Shown here one piece after another: positions 1 to 9,816 of a stretch of 64,000 nucleotides of DNA (its first letter is position 1; every line of letters begins with the position of its first letter). Source of the DNA: Nannocystis bainbridge (GTDB taxonomy: Bacteria; Myxococcota_A; Polyangia; Nannocystales; Nannocystaceae); contig NZ_JAQNDL010000004.1 of the NCBI RefSeq assembly GCF_028368995.1, positions 64,001 through 128,000 on the forward strand, written 5' to 3'. A model generated the notes under the pieces. The model was not told the origin of the DNA. It saw nothing but the letters and a program-made list of their open reading frames with translations, and searched no databases. The position numbers were made by a program, and so were the translations under genes.

Positions 1-342
1 CACGACGCGGGGGCGGCAGTGGGCGAGCAGGGCGTGCTGCTCGGGCGCGGTCAGCTTGTAGTCGATCGGGACCAGGACGGCGCCGGCCCACAGGGCCCCG
101 GTCGCGCCGATCAGCCACTTCGACTGGTTCTGCATGACGATCGCGCAGCGATCGCCGGGGCCGAAGCCGTGGACCTGCAGGCCGGCGGCGAACCGCTGAG
201 CGGCGACCCGCAGCTCGGCGAAGGTGTGGCGCGAGTTCTCGCGGTGGCGATCGGCCTCGATCAGCGCGGTCCGACTCTTGTACGTGATGGTGGCGTCACG
301 CAGCGCCTCGCCGAGGCAGGACAGCTTTCCCAGGTCGAGCAT
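1..342 (-). CDS. AMP-dependent acyl-CoA synthetase/ligase, N-terminal part (gene continues beyond window start)
   Basis: Minus-strand reading from ATG (cat at 340-342) gives MLDLGKLSCLGEALRDATITYKSRTALIEADRHRENSRHTFAELRV...LVPIDYKLTAPEQ, a typical acyl-CoA ligase N-terminus. The start abuts the ACP stop codon. Confidence 0.55.
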   Translation of the reverse strand, partial: MLDLGKLSCLGEALRDATITYKSRTALIEADRHRENSRHTFAELRVAAQRFAAGLQVHGFGPGDRCAIVMQNQSKWLIGATGALWAGAVLVPIDYKLTAPEQHALLAHCRPRVV

Positions 343-576
343 CTAGCGCCTCGCGTCGATCTTCTGCGCCAGGGCGGCGAACGTCTTGATGCCCTGCAGC
401 TCGTAGTCGGGCAGCTCGACGTCGAACTCGTCCTCGACGTCGGAGATGAGCTCGACGGCCTGGAAGCTGTCGATGCCGAGGTTCTCGAACAGGTCGTCCT
501 CGGCGCGGAGCTTGGCCGGGTCGGCGCCGAAGCGCTTGGCGGCGAGACGGATGAGGGTGCCTACGGTGTCGCTCAT
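343..576 (-). CDS. acyl carrier protein
   Basis: 77 aa with ACP-like LGIDSFQAVELISDVEDEFDVELPD around the phosphopantetheine Ser. ATGA overlap with the upstream gene. Confidence 0.8.
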   Translation of the reverse strand: MSDTVGTLIRLAAKRFGADPAKLRAEDDLFENLGIDSFQAVELISDVEDEFDVELPDYELQGIKTFAALAQKIDARR

Positions 577-1346
577 GGCAGGTACGGTCTCAGGTCGGTG
601 GACTCGACGAAGCGCTGGAGGGCGGCCAGCAGGGCCGGACCCTCGGCGAGGCGGACGAACAGCTCGCGCTCGGCGAGCAGCTCGTCCTTCGGGAGCTTCT
701 TGATGAAGGCCTTGGCGGCCTTGCGCGCGGTGGGATCGAACTTGCCGGTCTGGGCCGCGAGCGCGCGCGCGGCGGTGAGGCCCTCGCCGCTGGCGACGAC
801 CTGGCTGACGAGGCCGGCGGCCTGGGCCCGCTTGGCGTTGATGCTGCGGCCGCTGAGCAGGAGGTCGCGGATGAGGCCGTTGCCGACGTCGCGGCGCAGG
901 CGAGGGATGCCGCCGAAGCCGGGGATGATGCCGAGGCGCAGCTCGGGGAAGCAGAAGCGGGCGGTCTTCTCGGCGATGAGGACGTCGCAGGTGAGCGCGA
1001 GCTCGAAGCCGCCGCCGAAGCAGATGCCGTGCACGACGCCGACGGTGGTCAGCGGCAGCATGTCGAGGTCGTCCATGACGCCGTGGATGGCGTCGATGAA
1101 CTGGCGCAGCTGCGGGCCGTGCTGGTCCCGGGGCGCGTCGCTGAGGCCGCGGTGCAGCTCACGCAGGTCGGCGCCGGCGCAGAAGCCCTGGCGCAGGCCG
1201 CTGCGCACGATCAGGGTGTGCGCGGCCGGATCGACCTGGTCGAGGAAGCGCCGCAGCCCGGCGAGCATGCCGGTGCCGATCTCGTTGCACGGCGGCGCAG
1301 CGAGGGTCAGCTCGTAGACGCCTTCGCTGTAGGTCCAGTCGATCAT
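573..1346 (-). CDS. enoyl-CoA hydratase/isomerase (crotonase family)
   Basis: MIDWTYSEGVYELTLAAPPCNEIG...GFCAGADLRE...GICFGGGFELALTCD crotonase motifs. Start reassigned to internal ATG 1346, which overlaps the upstream stop (ATGA). The upstream Arg-rich extension of the ORF is an artefact. Confidence 0.85.
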   Translation of the reverse strand: MIDWTYSEGVYELTLAAPPCNEIGTGMLAGLRRFLDQVDPAAHTLIVRSGLRQGFCAGADLRELHRGLSDAPRDQHGPQLRQFIDAIHGVMDDLDMLPLTTVGVVHGICFGGGFELALTCDVLIAEKTARFCFPELRLGIIPGFGGIPRLRRDVGNGLIRDLLLSGRSINAKRAQAAGLVSQVVASGEGLTAARALAAQTGKFDPTARKAAKAFIKKLPKDELLAERELFVRLAEGPALLAALQRFVESTDLRPYLP

Positions 1347-2977
1347 GACGCGTAGACCTTGTCGATCTCGGCGCGGTAGCGCTGCTCGACGGCGCGGCGG
1401 CGCAGCTTCTGGTTGGCGGTCAGCAGGGCGTTCTCGATCGTGAACGGCTCGGCGACGCGGACGAAGCCGCGGACCTTCTTGTAGTGCGGGACGCTGGCGT
1501 TGACGACCTCGAGCGCGGCGTCGATCGCCTCCTTGGGCACGTCGCCGGGCACGATGATGCTGAGGTACGGCCGCGCGTGGCCGACGAGCATGCACTGCTC
1601 GGCCTTCGGGCACGCCGCGAGGAACTTCTCCTCGATCGGCTCGGGGGCGATGTTGTGGCCCGACTCGGGGACGAGGATGTTCTTGACGCGGCCGATGATG
1701 CGGACGTTGCCGGTGGCGTCGAGGTCGCCCTGGTCGCCGGTGTGGAACCAGCCGTCCTTGATGGCCTCGGCGGTGGCCTGCTCGCGGCCCCAGTAGCCGG
1801 CGAAGATGCCAGGGCCGCGCACCAGCAGCTCACCCTCGTCGGAGATCTTGATCTCGCAGCCGCCGATGGCGTGGCCGACGTAGCCGGGGCGCACGCCGCC
1901 GGGCTGGTCCATGGTGACGATCGCGGTGGTCTCGGTGAGGCCGTAGACCTGGTAGACCTGCACGCCGACCAGCTCGAACCACCACTGCGTCTCCTCGGCC
2001 AGCGCCGCCGAGCCGCAGATCAGGAACTCGAGGCTGGGGCCGATCTGCTGCTTGATCTTGCTGAAGACCAGCTTCTTGGCGGCGGCCAGAGTGAGCTTGT
2101 CGACGAGGCTCGCCTTGCCCTCGCGCACGGCGCGGAAGGCCGCCTGGCCGCGGTTATAGAGGGCGAGGGCGAGGCCGCCGCGCTCGCCGATCTTCTTGCC
2201 GACGCCGGTCTTGATCCGCTCGAGCACCGCGGGGACGTTGAGGTAGTAGTGCGGGTCGGCGGCGCCCATCTCGGCGACGAGCTGCTGCAGGTCGGTCGAC
2301 AGCAGCAGCGGGTTGCCGCGGTACAGCTGCGTCCACAGCATGATGCGCGAGCCGGCGAAGCAGAACGGCAGGAAGTGGAACACCTTGTCGGCCCGCTGCC
2401 CGCCGGTGATGCGGTCGACGCTGCTGCGGGTCTGCGGCAGCATGTAGTCGACGTTGGCGCGGGTGAGGACGACGCCCTTGGGCTCGCCGCTGGTGCCGGA
2501 GGTGTAAATGATGGTGACCGGGTCGGCGGGCGCGACCGGGCGCGGGGGCTCGTGCACGGGCTCGCCGCGGAGGACGTCGTGGAGGTCCTCGATCGGGCAG
2601 TGCTCGGGCCAGGCGTCGCGCAGGCCGGCGGCGAGCTCGGGGCCGTCGGCGACGACCAGCACCGGCGCGCAGTCCTTGACCATCACCGCCAGCTCCTTGG
2701 GATCCTGGCGGCTGTAGAGCGGGACGACGATGGCGCCCTCGAACAGGATGGCGAGGTCGGCGGCGATCCAGCGCGCCGAGTTGGGCGCGAGCAGGGCGAC
2801 GCGGTCGCCGGGCTTGACGCCGCGGCCGCGGAGGAAGCCGCGCGCGTGAGCGACGAGGTGCAGCAGCTGCGCGGCCGAGGTGGGCCGGCGCTCCTTGCCG
2901 TGGAGCTCGACGAGGAGCTGGTCCTCGCGGGTCTTCTGGATCGCGGCGTGGATGACTTCGAGGAAGTTGTCGCTCAT
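1343..2977 (-). CDS. AMP-dependent synthetase/ligase (long-chain fatty acid-CoA ligase-like)
   Basis: The real protein starts MSDNFLEVIHAA at 2977. Motifs TIIYTSGTSGEPKGV and YGLTETT are present. The N-terminal 440 aa of the 986-aa ORF is an Arg/Pro-rich artefact in the frame of neighbouring genes. Confidence 0.85.
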   Translation of the reverse strand: MSDNFLEVIHAAIQKTREDQLLVELHGKERRPTSAAQLLHLVAHARGFLRGRGVKPGDRVALLAPNSARWIAADLAILFEGAIVVPLYSRQDPKELAVMVKDCAPVLVVADGPELAAGLRDAWPEHCPIEDLHDVLRGEPVHEPPRPVAPADPVTIIYTSGTSGEPKGVVLTRANVDYMLPQTRSSVDRITGGQRADKVFHFLPFCFAGSRIMLWTQLYRGNPLLLSTDLQQLVAEMGAADPHYYLNVPAVLERIKTGVGKKIGERGGLALALYNRGQAAFRAVREGKASLVDKLTLAAAKKLVFSKIKQQIGPSLEFLICGSAALAEETQWWFELVGVQVYQVYGLTETTAIVTMDQPGGVRPGYVGHAIGGCEIKISDEGELLVRGPGIFAGYWGREQATAEAIKDGWFHTGDQGDLDATGNVRIIGRVKNILVPESGHNIAPEPIEEKFLAACPKAEQCMLVGHARPYLSIIVPGDVPKEAIDAALEVVNASVPHYKKVRGFVRVAEPFTIENALLTANQKLRRRAVEQRYRAEIDKVYAS

Positions 2978-4455
2978 GCGTGGCGGTCCAGCAGGCGCTG
3001 CACGTTGGCCGGCAGCGGCGGGAGGTGGGCTTCCCAGGTGCGCGGCAGGTCGCGCCGGGGGAACTGGGGATAGACGCGCACGACCTCGTCCATGAAGTCG
3101 ATGCCCATCTGGCCCATGAGCCGCAGCTGGGCCGGGACGGCGCGGGCGATGTCGGCGCTGATGCCCTCGGCGTCGCGCCACAAGCGGCGCAGGGTGTGCA
3201 GCAGCTTGTCGCCGAGGCCCTCCTCGTCGACCTCGAAGAACATGTCGGGGTGGCCGCGATCGTTCATGAGGTTGCGGATGCGCTCGTCCATGGTGACGCC
3301 GGCGGACGGCACGAGGCCGGGCATCGAGGTGACGATCGCGTGGAAGCGCGAGCTGATCATCATGCTGCAGTTGCGCAGCACGCTGACGAGGTCGTACATG
3401 TCGTGCTCGTCGCTGATGAACAGCGCGCCGCCGCGGTCGAGCCGGGGCAGCAGGTCCTCGCAGGCATGGCGATCGAGCTGCTCCATGCCGACGAGGATGG
3501 TGAAGAAGTCGCGCTCCTGGGCGAACGCGTTGACGCCGTCGGCCAGGGCCTGGATGTACGCGTTGTACTTCTTGTCGGCCGACTCGCTGTGGTGGTGGAA
3601 GTAAAAGGCGCTGTAGTGCTCGTGCTTGTACTGACCGCCGAGCTTGTAGGCGGCGTACTTGAGCAGGTCGGGCTTGACCGGCCACCAGAACGGGTTGATC
3701 GGGCAGACGACGAGGACCTTCTGGCGGCCGTCCCAGCCGGCTTCGCGCAGCAGTTGGGCGCCGCGCGACAGCGGCGCGGGGTCGAAGGTCCAGGCGGTGT
3801 CGGCACCGGAGGTGGTGCGGATGCCGAGCTCGCCGAGGACGTTGCGCGAGGGCTCGTTGCGGCAGATGACCAGAGACTTCTTGCAGGCGTCGCGCACGAA
3901 GTCGCGGAGCGCCGGGGTCATGTTGCCGGCCTCGGCGCCGTAGCCGACGCTGACCTTGTTCTCGGCGTTGGCCAGCCCGAGCGCGCCGGCCATGAAGCAG
4001 GTCAGCGCGCTGGCGAACTTCGACTTGAACATCGAGCCCTCGCAGGCGATGACGCCGTGGTGCTTGGGCACCTCGGTGGCGAGGAACTTCGGGAACACCG
4101 CCGGCATCTCGATCTGATGCACGGTCCGGAAGTAGCCGCGCGTCAGCTGCTCGTCGACGGTCATGATCGACAGCTCGAGGTCGTCGTCGCCGACGACGTG
4201 ACGCAGCTGGCGGATCATCTCCTCGACGCGGACGTCGGCGCCGGTGTTGCGCGTGCCGACGTAGCCGGCGAGCAGCAGCTTGAGCGGCTTGCCCGGCTTC
4301 CACAGCTCGGGCGACATGCCGAGGACGTGGCGGACGGCGACGCCCTCGATGGCGGCGGCGACGGTGGCCTGCAGGGCGCGGTCGGGGTCGACGACGTCCT
4401 TGACCTTGTCCCAGATCTTGCTGGTGGTCTTCTTGACGGGTGCGCTCTTGGACAT
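2974..4455 (-). CDS. polysaccharide pyruvyl transferase family-like protein
   Basis: 493 aa. The N-terminus LLAGYVGTRNTGADVRVEEMIRQL fits the GY.G..N.GD signature of CsaB/WcaK pyruvyl transferases, and the C-terminal SRFHAIV is RLH-like. ATGA overlap with the ligase gene. Confidence 0.5.
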   Translation of the reverse strand: MSKSAPVKKTTSKIWDKVKDVVDPDRALQATVAAAIEGVAVRHVLGMSPELWKPGKPLKLLLAGYVGTRNTGADVRVEEMIRQLRHVVGDDDLELSIMTVDEQLTRGYFRTVHQIEMPAVFPKFLATEVPKHHGVIACEGSMFKSKFASALTCFMAGALGLANAENKVSVGYGAEAGNMTPALRDFVRDACKKSLVICRNEPSRNVLGELGIRTTSGADTAWTFDPAPLSRGAQLLREAGWDGRQKVLVVCPINPFWWPVKPDLLKYAAYKLGGQYKHEHYSAFYFHHHSESADKKYNAYIQALADGVNAFAQERDFFTILVGMEQLDRHACEDLLPRLDRGGALFISDEHDMYDLVSVLRNCSMMISSRFHAIVTSMPGLVPSAGVTMDERIRNLMNDRGHPDMFFEVDEEGLGDKLLHTLRRLWRDAEGISADIARAVPAQLRLMGQMGIDFMDEVVRVYPQFPRRDLPRTWEAHLPPLPANVQRLLDRHA

Positions 4456-4465
4456 GTTCGAAGGG

Positions 4466-5611
4466 CTAGGCTACCTGCCGCACCTGGGCGCCGCCGGGCC
4501 AGGGCTTGTACGGGTAGCTGAAGTTGTTGTCGACCGCGAAGCGGTAGAGGCCGTAGGCGTAGCGGTCGAACGGCGCCGGCGCTTCGCCGAGAGCGTCGAC
4601 GACCCGGCGGTTGTCGAACACGGTGTCGAAGGTCAAGTAAGGCAGGAACACCTTGAGCAGCGAGGCGGGCAGCGACAGGCCCCAGCCGCGCGGGGTGTTG
4701 GAGGCGGTCTCGACGACGCGGTTGAAGGCGCCGTTGAGGCCGGGGACGAAGCGGTGCTTGACCGGGTGGCCGGCGCGCCGCATGGCGTCGACGACCTGGC
4801 GGTAGGTCAGCGAGGCGGTGCCCGAGCTGAGGCTGTAGGCGTCGTGCTCGAGCTTGTCGCGCTGGTGGAGGGTGACGATCGCCTTGGACACGTAGTCGGC
4901 CGGGACGATGTCGAGCCGCCAGTCGGGGTGGAACGGCAGCACCGGCAGCTTGGCGAGCATGACGAAGGCCCGCACCATGTCGAACTGCACGGTCTCGGGG
5001 AACCGGCTGTCGCCGAGCACGATCGACGGGCGCAGGACCAGCTGCTGCACGTCGGGCAGCAGCTCGTGCAGCATGTGCTCGCAGAACTTCTTGGTCCGCG
5101 CGTACGGGTCGTAGTCGGACTTGTCCCAGTCGATCGTGTTGTCCTCGGTGACGACCTCGTGCTTGCGCTCGCCGGCGACCGCGACCGTGCTGATGTCGGT
5201 GAAGCGGCGCAGGCCGTGCAGGTCCCGGGCGTCGCGCGCGAGCTTGAGGACGCTCAGCGTGCCGCGCAGGTTGACGTTGAAGCACGCCTTGGACGACTTG
5301 CGGTTGAGCGACGCGGCGCAGTGGATGACCGAGTCCATGGTCCGGACCAGCCGCTCGCGCGCCTCGGCCTCGAGGCCGAGGCCGGGGAAGGTCAGGTCGC
5401 CGAGGTAGAGGTCGCAGCGGGTGCGGACGAGGTCGAGGAAGCGCGGGAAGTCCATGTGCAGCTGCATGGACTTCCACAGCCGCTGCTCGGCCTCGGCCGG
5501 GTCCTTGGCGCGGACGAGGAGGGCCAGCCGCTCGCTCGGGTACTCGTCGAGCAGGCCGGCGGCGACGTACGAGCCGATGTATCCGGTGGCTCCGGTGAGG
5601 AAGATGGCCAT
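4466..5611 (-). CDS. NAD-dependent epimerase/dehydratase family protein, thioester/acyl reductase-like (NAD_binding_4)
   Basis: [16 protein letters not shown] Rossmann motif and [10 protein letters not shown]. Overall similar to fatty acyl-CoA reductase / male-sterility domain proteins. Confidence 0.75.
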   Translation of the reverse strand: MAIFLTGATGYIGSYVAAGLLDEYPSERLALLVRAKDPAEAEQRLWKSMQLHMDFPRFLDLVRTRCDLYLGDLTFPGLGLEAEARERLVRTMDSVIHCAASLNRKSSKACFNVNLRGTLSVLKLARDARDLHGLRRFTDISTVAVAGERKHEVVTEDNTIDWDKSDYDPYARTKKFCEHMLHELLPDVQQLVLRPSIVLGDSRFPETVQFDMVRAFVMLAKLPVLPFHPDWRLDIVPADYVSKAIVTLHQRDKLEHDAYSLSSGTASLTYRQVVDAMRRAGHPVKHRFVPGLNGAFNRVVETASNTPRGWGLSLPASLLKVFLPYLTFDTVFDNRRVVDALGEAPAPFDRYAYGLYRFAVDNNFSYPYKPWPGGAQVRQVA

Positions 5612-5615
5612 GATG

Positions 5616-7301
5616 TCAGACGACCTCGGCGTGGGGCGCGGGCGCGGCCTCGGGGGAGCGCAGGCGGAAGGGGTGGCGCGGAGCGTAGCTCTCGGGGGTC
5701 TTGTTCTCGAACAGCGGGAAGCACCACTTGCGCAGCCCGGGGATGTGGACGTCGATCCAGTAGTGGCGCCAGTCGATGCTGCGCGGGTCGCAGTCCCACT
5801 CGGGCTCGAGCACGGGGTGCCGCAGCAGGTTGCGGGTCACGAACGCGAAGTGGTTGTCGTGGATGAACGGCAGGTAGAGCTCGCACATGCGCTCGATCTT
5901 GTCGATCGACTCGAGCGCGCCCTCGGTGTGCTCGACGAGGTCGCCGAGGCGGCGGCGCACGAACTCCGGCCAGCCCTTCGGCGGGTCGCGCAGCCACTCG
6001 TCGACCGACTCGGTCATCTTGCGGATGTTCTCGATCCGCATCGGGTGCTCGGGCGTGACGGCGATCGCGTCCCAGCGCGACTTGACGACCCGATCGAGGG
6101 TGGTGTCGCCGCGGGTGCGGAGGTGCTTGCGGTGGGCCAGCGCGACCAGCTCGACGGCGCGGTCGATGGTCAGCAGGTTGAGGTCGGAGCTGCCGCTCTG
6201 GTAGACCGGCGCGTGCTCGCCCCGCATCAGCGCGGCGCCGGCGACGGTCATGCCGCGGCAGACGTAGTCGACGGGGATGATGTCGAACGGGTTGCCGCGC
6301 TTGCACGGCAGGTGGCGGAACCAGCTGCCGAGCGCGTAGCTCAGCGGGCCGCAGGTGTTGAAGCCCTGGTTCCACCCGGGGAACGGGTAGCTCATCGAGC
6401 TCTCGACGATCGCCGGGCGGAACATGGTCCAGCGGCCGGGATCGAGGCGGCGGGCGATCCACGCCTCGGCCATGCTCTTGGTGAACGTGTAGATGTTGGT
6501 GAAGCCCCAGCGGCCGGCGCGGCGCTGGCCCTCGGCGACCATCGCGTCCTTGAGCAGGTTGCGCTTGATCCGGCGGGCGGTGTTGCGCACCAACATCGCG
6601 TTGTTCTCGTCGCCGCCCTTGTCGCGGATCTGCTTGACCGCGTCGTCGTGGGCGCGCTTGTCCATCTCGGGCGACTCGTGCTCGGCGAGGATGGCCTCGA
6701 TGCTGGCCTGGATCTCGACGGACTCGGCCTCGACGTCGAACGGGTCGCCGGACGGCGAGAGGTCGGGGCGGATCTCCTCGGGGATGAGGCCGTTGCGCTT
6801 GCCGGTGACGTAGCAGGTCGAGACGTGCAGCATCACCGCCTTGTCGCAGGCGGCGACGAAGTTGGCGGCGTTGCGGGCACCCTCGACGTTGGTCGTCATG
6901 GCGTCGCGCAGGTCGGGGTCGAAGTCGACGAGGCCGGCGCAGTTGATGACGAGGTCGATGTCGCGGCGCAGGCGGGCCAGCACCTCGGGGTCCTCGACGC
7001 CCATGTCGGGCAGCGAGACGTCGCCGGACACGACCTCGATGCGCTCGCTGATGAAGCGGCTCATCTCGGGGCCGTACTTCTCGTGCAGCGGGCGGAAGCA
7101 GGGCGAGGTCTGGACCTGGCGCTCGAACCGGTCGGCGGCCGGGCGCAGGGCCTTCTTGCGGGTGAGCACGTAGACCTTGCCGATGTCCGGCACGTGCTGC
7201 AGCAGCATCGCCAGCCAGACCTTGCCGAGGAAGCCGGTGACTCCGGTGAGCAGGACGTGGCGGCCGGCGTAGCTGTGCTTGATCGAGAGCGGCGTGTTCA
7301 C
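5616..7301 (-). CDS. fatty acyl-CoA reductase (FAR, alcohol-forming)
   Basis: [15 protein letters not shown]...LVINCAG...YTFTK, with a sterile-type C-terminal domain. Start reassigned to GTG 7301, preceded by GGAGGA, because the ATG-extended ORF would overlap the HAD gene. Confidence 0.8.
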   Translation of the reverse strand: MNTPLSIKHSYAGRHVLLTGVTGFLGKVWLAMLLQHVPDIGKVYVLTRKKALRPAADRFERQVQTSPCFRPLHEKYGPEMSRFISERIEVVSGDVSLPDMGVEDPEVLARLRRDIDLVINCAGLVDFDPDLRDAMTTNVEGARNAANFVAACDKAVMLHVSTCYVTGKRNGLIPEEIRPDLSPSGDPFDVEAESVEIQASIEAILAEHESPEMDKRAHDDAVKQIRDKGGDENNAMLVRNTARRIKRNLLKDAMVAEGQRRAGRWGFTNIYTFTKSMAEAWIARRLDPGRWTMFRPAIVESSMSYPFPGWNQGFNTCGPLSYALGSWFRHLPCKRGNPFDIIPVDYVCRGMTVAGAALMRGEHAPVYQSGSSDLNLLTIDRAVELVALAHRKHLRTRGDTTLDRVVKSRWDAIAVTPEHPMRIENIRKMTESVDEWLRDPPKGWPEFVRRRLGDLVEHTEGALESIDKIERMCELYLPFIHDNHFAFVTRNLLRHPVLEPEWDCDPRSIDWRHYWIDVHIPGLRKWCFPLFENKTPESYAPRHPFRLRSPEAAPAPHAEVV

Positions 7302-7329
7302 GGGTGTCCTCCGGTTCCTGTCCCCAAGG

Positions 7330-8007
7330 TCAGTCGCGATAATCGATGATCGGCCAGTCGGCGTCCTTGGCGCTGCGGCGCAGGACGAAGTCGGGGTTGA
7401 CCGCGCACGGGCCACCGACGCGCGACAGCAACAGCATGTCGGGGCCGTGGGCCCCGTAGGCGCTGCAGCGCGCCAGCTCGAGGTCGTGGGCGGCGGCGTA
7501 GTCGTCGAGCCAGCGGCCGCCGACGTTCGAGCCGATGACCGGATCGAGCAGTCTGCCGGTGGCCTCGCTGTCCTCGAACTCGATGCGGTTGTAGACCAGC
7601 TCGTCGTAGTGCTTGAGGTGGCGCGAGAGCGGCTTCATGATCGGCTCGATGCTGTCGGACAGCAGCACGACCCGCCGACCCTCGGCCTTGAGGCGCTTGA
7701 GCAGCTCGACGCCCTGATCGAGGATGGTGTCCTTCAGGACGTCCTCGGCGTACTCCTCGCACAGGACCTCGACGCGGTCCTGGCTCATGCCGCGGATGGC
7801 GAGGTGGGCCAGGCGGTGGGCCAGGGCGCGGTCGGTCTGCCCGAGCAGGCGGTGGACCGGGGCGGCCAGACCGACGAGGCCGAGGCGGACGGCCCGCTCG
7901 CCGAACTTCTTGGCGTTGCCGGCCAGATAGGCCGCCGCGCTGAGCACGCCGCGGGCGAGCAGGATGCCTTCGACGCGGACGAATGCTGCCGTGTTGGTTT
8001 GTGTCAT
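7330..8007 (-). CDS. HAD-IB family hydrolase (phosphoserine-phosphatase-like)
   Basis: MTQTNTAAFVRVEGILLARGV...VVLLSDSIEPIM...AYGAHGPDMLLL HAD motifs. The long upstream ORF extension is discarded. Confidence 0.75.
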   Translation of the reverse strand: MTQTNTAAFVRVEGILLARGVLSAAAYLAGNAKKFGERAVRLGLVGLAAPVHRLLGQTDRALAHRLAHLAIRGMSQDRVEVLCEEYAEDVLKDTILDQGVELLKRLKAEGRRVVLLSDSIEPIMKPLSRHLKHYDELVYNRIEFEDSEATGRLLDPVIGSNVGGRWLDDYAAAHDLELARCSAYGAHGPDMLLLSRVGGPCAVNPDFVLRRSAKDADWPIIDYRD

Positions 8008-8316
8008 CGACCAGGCTCGCGGCCTAGTTAGCGCACCCGAGGCCGGCGTTACAAGCATGCGCGAGGTGACTCGAATGCCTGCGAAGGCCGCTGCGCAGGC
8101 CGGTTTACGCGTGCACGAGGCTTCGCAGGAAGGGCCGTAAACGGGGCCTGGCGCCCTCTCGCGCGGCTTTGGTGGCCTCGGTCGCGTGCGGCCGAGATAG
8201 TTGTGCGCTTGACTAAATAGTTGGTGATGTCGATTGATCGCGCGTTTAAGAAATTCCTTCGCCGTCGCGGCGGTCGGGGCATCACCGGTGGGACGCGCGT
8301 CGAGGTGCGCTATCGT

Positions 8317-8952
8317 GTGGCCGTGACCGCCCCGCTGCTCGTGTGCGCCGCCGAGGTCGAGGGCCGCGGGCTGGCCTCGCCGCTGTACCTCGGGGTCGGC
8401 AAGGTCGCGGCGGCGGTGGCGATGACGCGGGCGCTGCTCGAGCGGCGGCCGGCGTGGGTGCTGCTGTTCGGGGTCTGCGGCGCCTATCCCGAAGGACATG
8501 GCCCCGGGGGCAGGCTCGACGTCGGCGACGTGTGCCTGGTCGGCGACGAGTGGCTGGGCGACGAGGGGGTCGCGGTCGACGACGGGTTTTTGACGCTGGC
8601 GCAGCTGGGCCTGGGCTCGGTCGGGCCGCTCATGGCCGATGGCGGGCGCACGGCCGCGGCGGCGCGCTCGCTCGGGGCGCCGATCGTGCGCGGGGCGACG
8701 GTCAGCGGCTGCAGCGGGACGGACGCGAGCTCGCGGGCGCTGGCCGGGCGGACCGGGGCGACGGTGGAGACGATGGAGGGCGCAGCGGTGGCGTGGGCCT
8801 GCGCGGCCGCGGGGGTGCCGTGGGTGCAGCTGCGCTGCGTGAGCAACCGGACCGGCCAGCGCGCCGCTGGCGGGTGGGACCTGCCGCGCGCGGTGGCCGG
8901 GGTGCAGGCGGCGCTGCAGCGACTGCAGGCCGCAGACTGGGGGAACGAATGA
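8317..8952 (+). CDS. mqnB: futalosine hydrolase (MTA/SAH nucleosidase family, MqnB)
   Basis: MTAN-like ...VAVTAPLLVCAAEVEG...TMEGAAVAWACAAAGVPWVQLRCVSN. Start is uncertain. GTG 8317 follows GAGGTG; the alternatives are TTG 8221 or ATG 8227. Confidence 0.65.
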   Translation: MAVTAPLLVCAAEVEGRGLASPLYLGVGKVAAAVAMTRALLERRPAWVLLFGVCGAYPEGHGPGGRLDVGDVCLVGDEWLGDEGVAVDDGFLTLAQLGLGSVGPLMADGGRTAAAARSLGAPIVRGATVSGCSGTDASSRALAGRTGATVETMEGAAVAWACAAAGVPWVQLRCVSNRTGQRAAGGWDLPRAVAGVQAALQRLQAADWGNE

Positions 8953-9767
8953 GCGAGCCGCTGCCGATCGGGTTCTCGCCGTGTCCGAACGACACGTGGA
9001 TGTTCGACGCGCTGGTCCGGGTGCCGGAGTTCGTGCCGGGGCTGCGGCCGCTGCCGTGGCTGGCCGACATCGAGGCGCTCAACGAGCGCGCGCTGGCCGG
9101 CGAGGCGCCGCTGCCGGTGACGAAGCTGAGCGCGCACGGGCTGTATTGGGTCGAGCGCGACTACCTGGTCTTGCGGACAGGTGCGGCGCTGGGCCGCGGC
9201 TGCGGGCCGCTGGTGGTGGCCCGCGAGAAGGCCGAGCTGGCGGCGCTGGCCGGGCGCAAGATCGCCATCCCGGGGGCCTATACGACCGCGCACCTGCTGC
9301 TCCGCTGCTTCGCGCCGGCGTCGGCGACGGTGGTGCCGATGCGCTTCGATCGCATCATGCCGGCGGTGGCGGCCGGGGAGGTCGACGCGGGGCTGGTGAT
9401 CCACGAGGCGCGGTTCGTGTTCCGCGACCACGGGCTCGAGCAGGTGGCGGACCTCGGCGAGGTGTGGGAGGCGGCCACGGGGCTGCCGCTGCCGCTGGGG
9501 GTGATCGCGGCCCATCGCTCGCTGCCGGCCGGGCAGGTGCGCGCGGTCGAGGAGGCGATCGCCCGCTCGATCGCGGCGGCGGAGGCGGACCCGGCCGCGG
9601 CGTGGCCGTTCGTCAAGGCGCACGCGCAGGAGCTGAGCGACGAGGTGTGCCGGCAGCACATCGCGCTGTACGTCAACGAGTTCTCGCGCGACATGGGCGC
9701 GGAGGGCGCGGCGGCGCTCGAGGAGCTGCGGCGGCGCGGGCAGGCGGCCGGGCTGCTGCCGCGCTGA
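8949..9767 (+). CDS. mqnD: 1,4-dihydroxy-6-naphthoate synthase (MqnD)
   Basis: MSEPLPIGFSPCPNDTWMFDALV... MqnD signature. ATGA overlap with mqnB. The long ORF 8343-9767 upstream of the ATG is artefactual. Confidence 0.8.
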   Translation: MSEPLPIGFSPCPNDTWMFDALVRVPEFVPGLRPLPWLADIEALNERALAGEAPLPVTKLSAHGLYWVERDYLVLRTGAALGRGCGPLVVAREKAELAALAGRKIAIPGAYTTAHLLLRCFAPASATVVPMRFDRIMPAVAAGEVDAGLVIHEARFVFRDHGLEQVADLGEVWEAATGLPLPLGVIAAHRSLPAGQVRAVEEAIARSIAAAEADPAAAWPFVKAHAQELSDEVCRQHIALYVNEFSRDMGAEGAAALEELRRRGQAAGLLPR

Positions 9768-9816
9768 GGGGGCGAGGTTGTCGCGCCGGGGGGCGGACCT
9801 CGGCGAGGCGAGCGTC

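Noticed and set aside
19-1317. Long ORFs on the strand opposite to, or out of frame with, real genes. Examples are 19-1317, 1484-3073, 2980-4521, 4215-5477, 5392-6462, 5421-7349, 8484-9839, 9858-12668, 11363-12814, 13702-16050, 16007-17659, 17768-19480, 18703-20535, 22316-23935, 23586-26057, 23773-26232, 26667-28529, 28554-30977, 30685-33327, 33186-34814, 35940-37475, 38036-40366, 40333-41715, 43948-45345, 44930-46129, 46539-47450, 47510-49987, 47772-49436, 49797-52097, 53007-55523, 57183-58871, 58875-60641, 59282-60505, 60666-62033 and 62063-63214.
   Set aside because: Their translations are Arg/Ala/Gly/Pro-rich, low-complexity and without motifs. They overlap well-supported genes on the other strand or in another frame. 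This is expected in DNA of about 70% GC, where stop codons are rare.
8343-8948. The 5' part of the 474-aa ORF 8343-9767, read as one long MqnD protein.
   Set aside because: This part is Arg/Gly-rich junk in a frame overlapping mqnB. The genuine MqnD starts at ATG 8949 with a canonical MSEPLPIGFSPCPND N-terminus.
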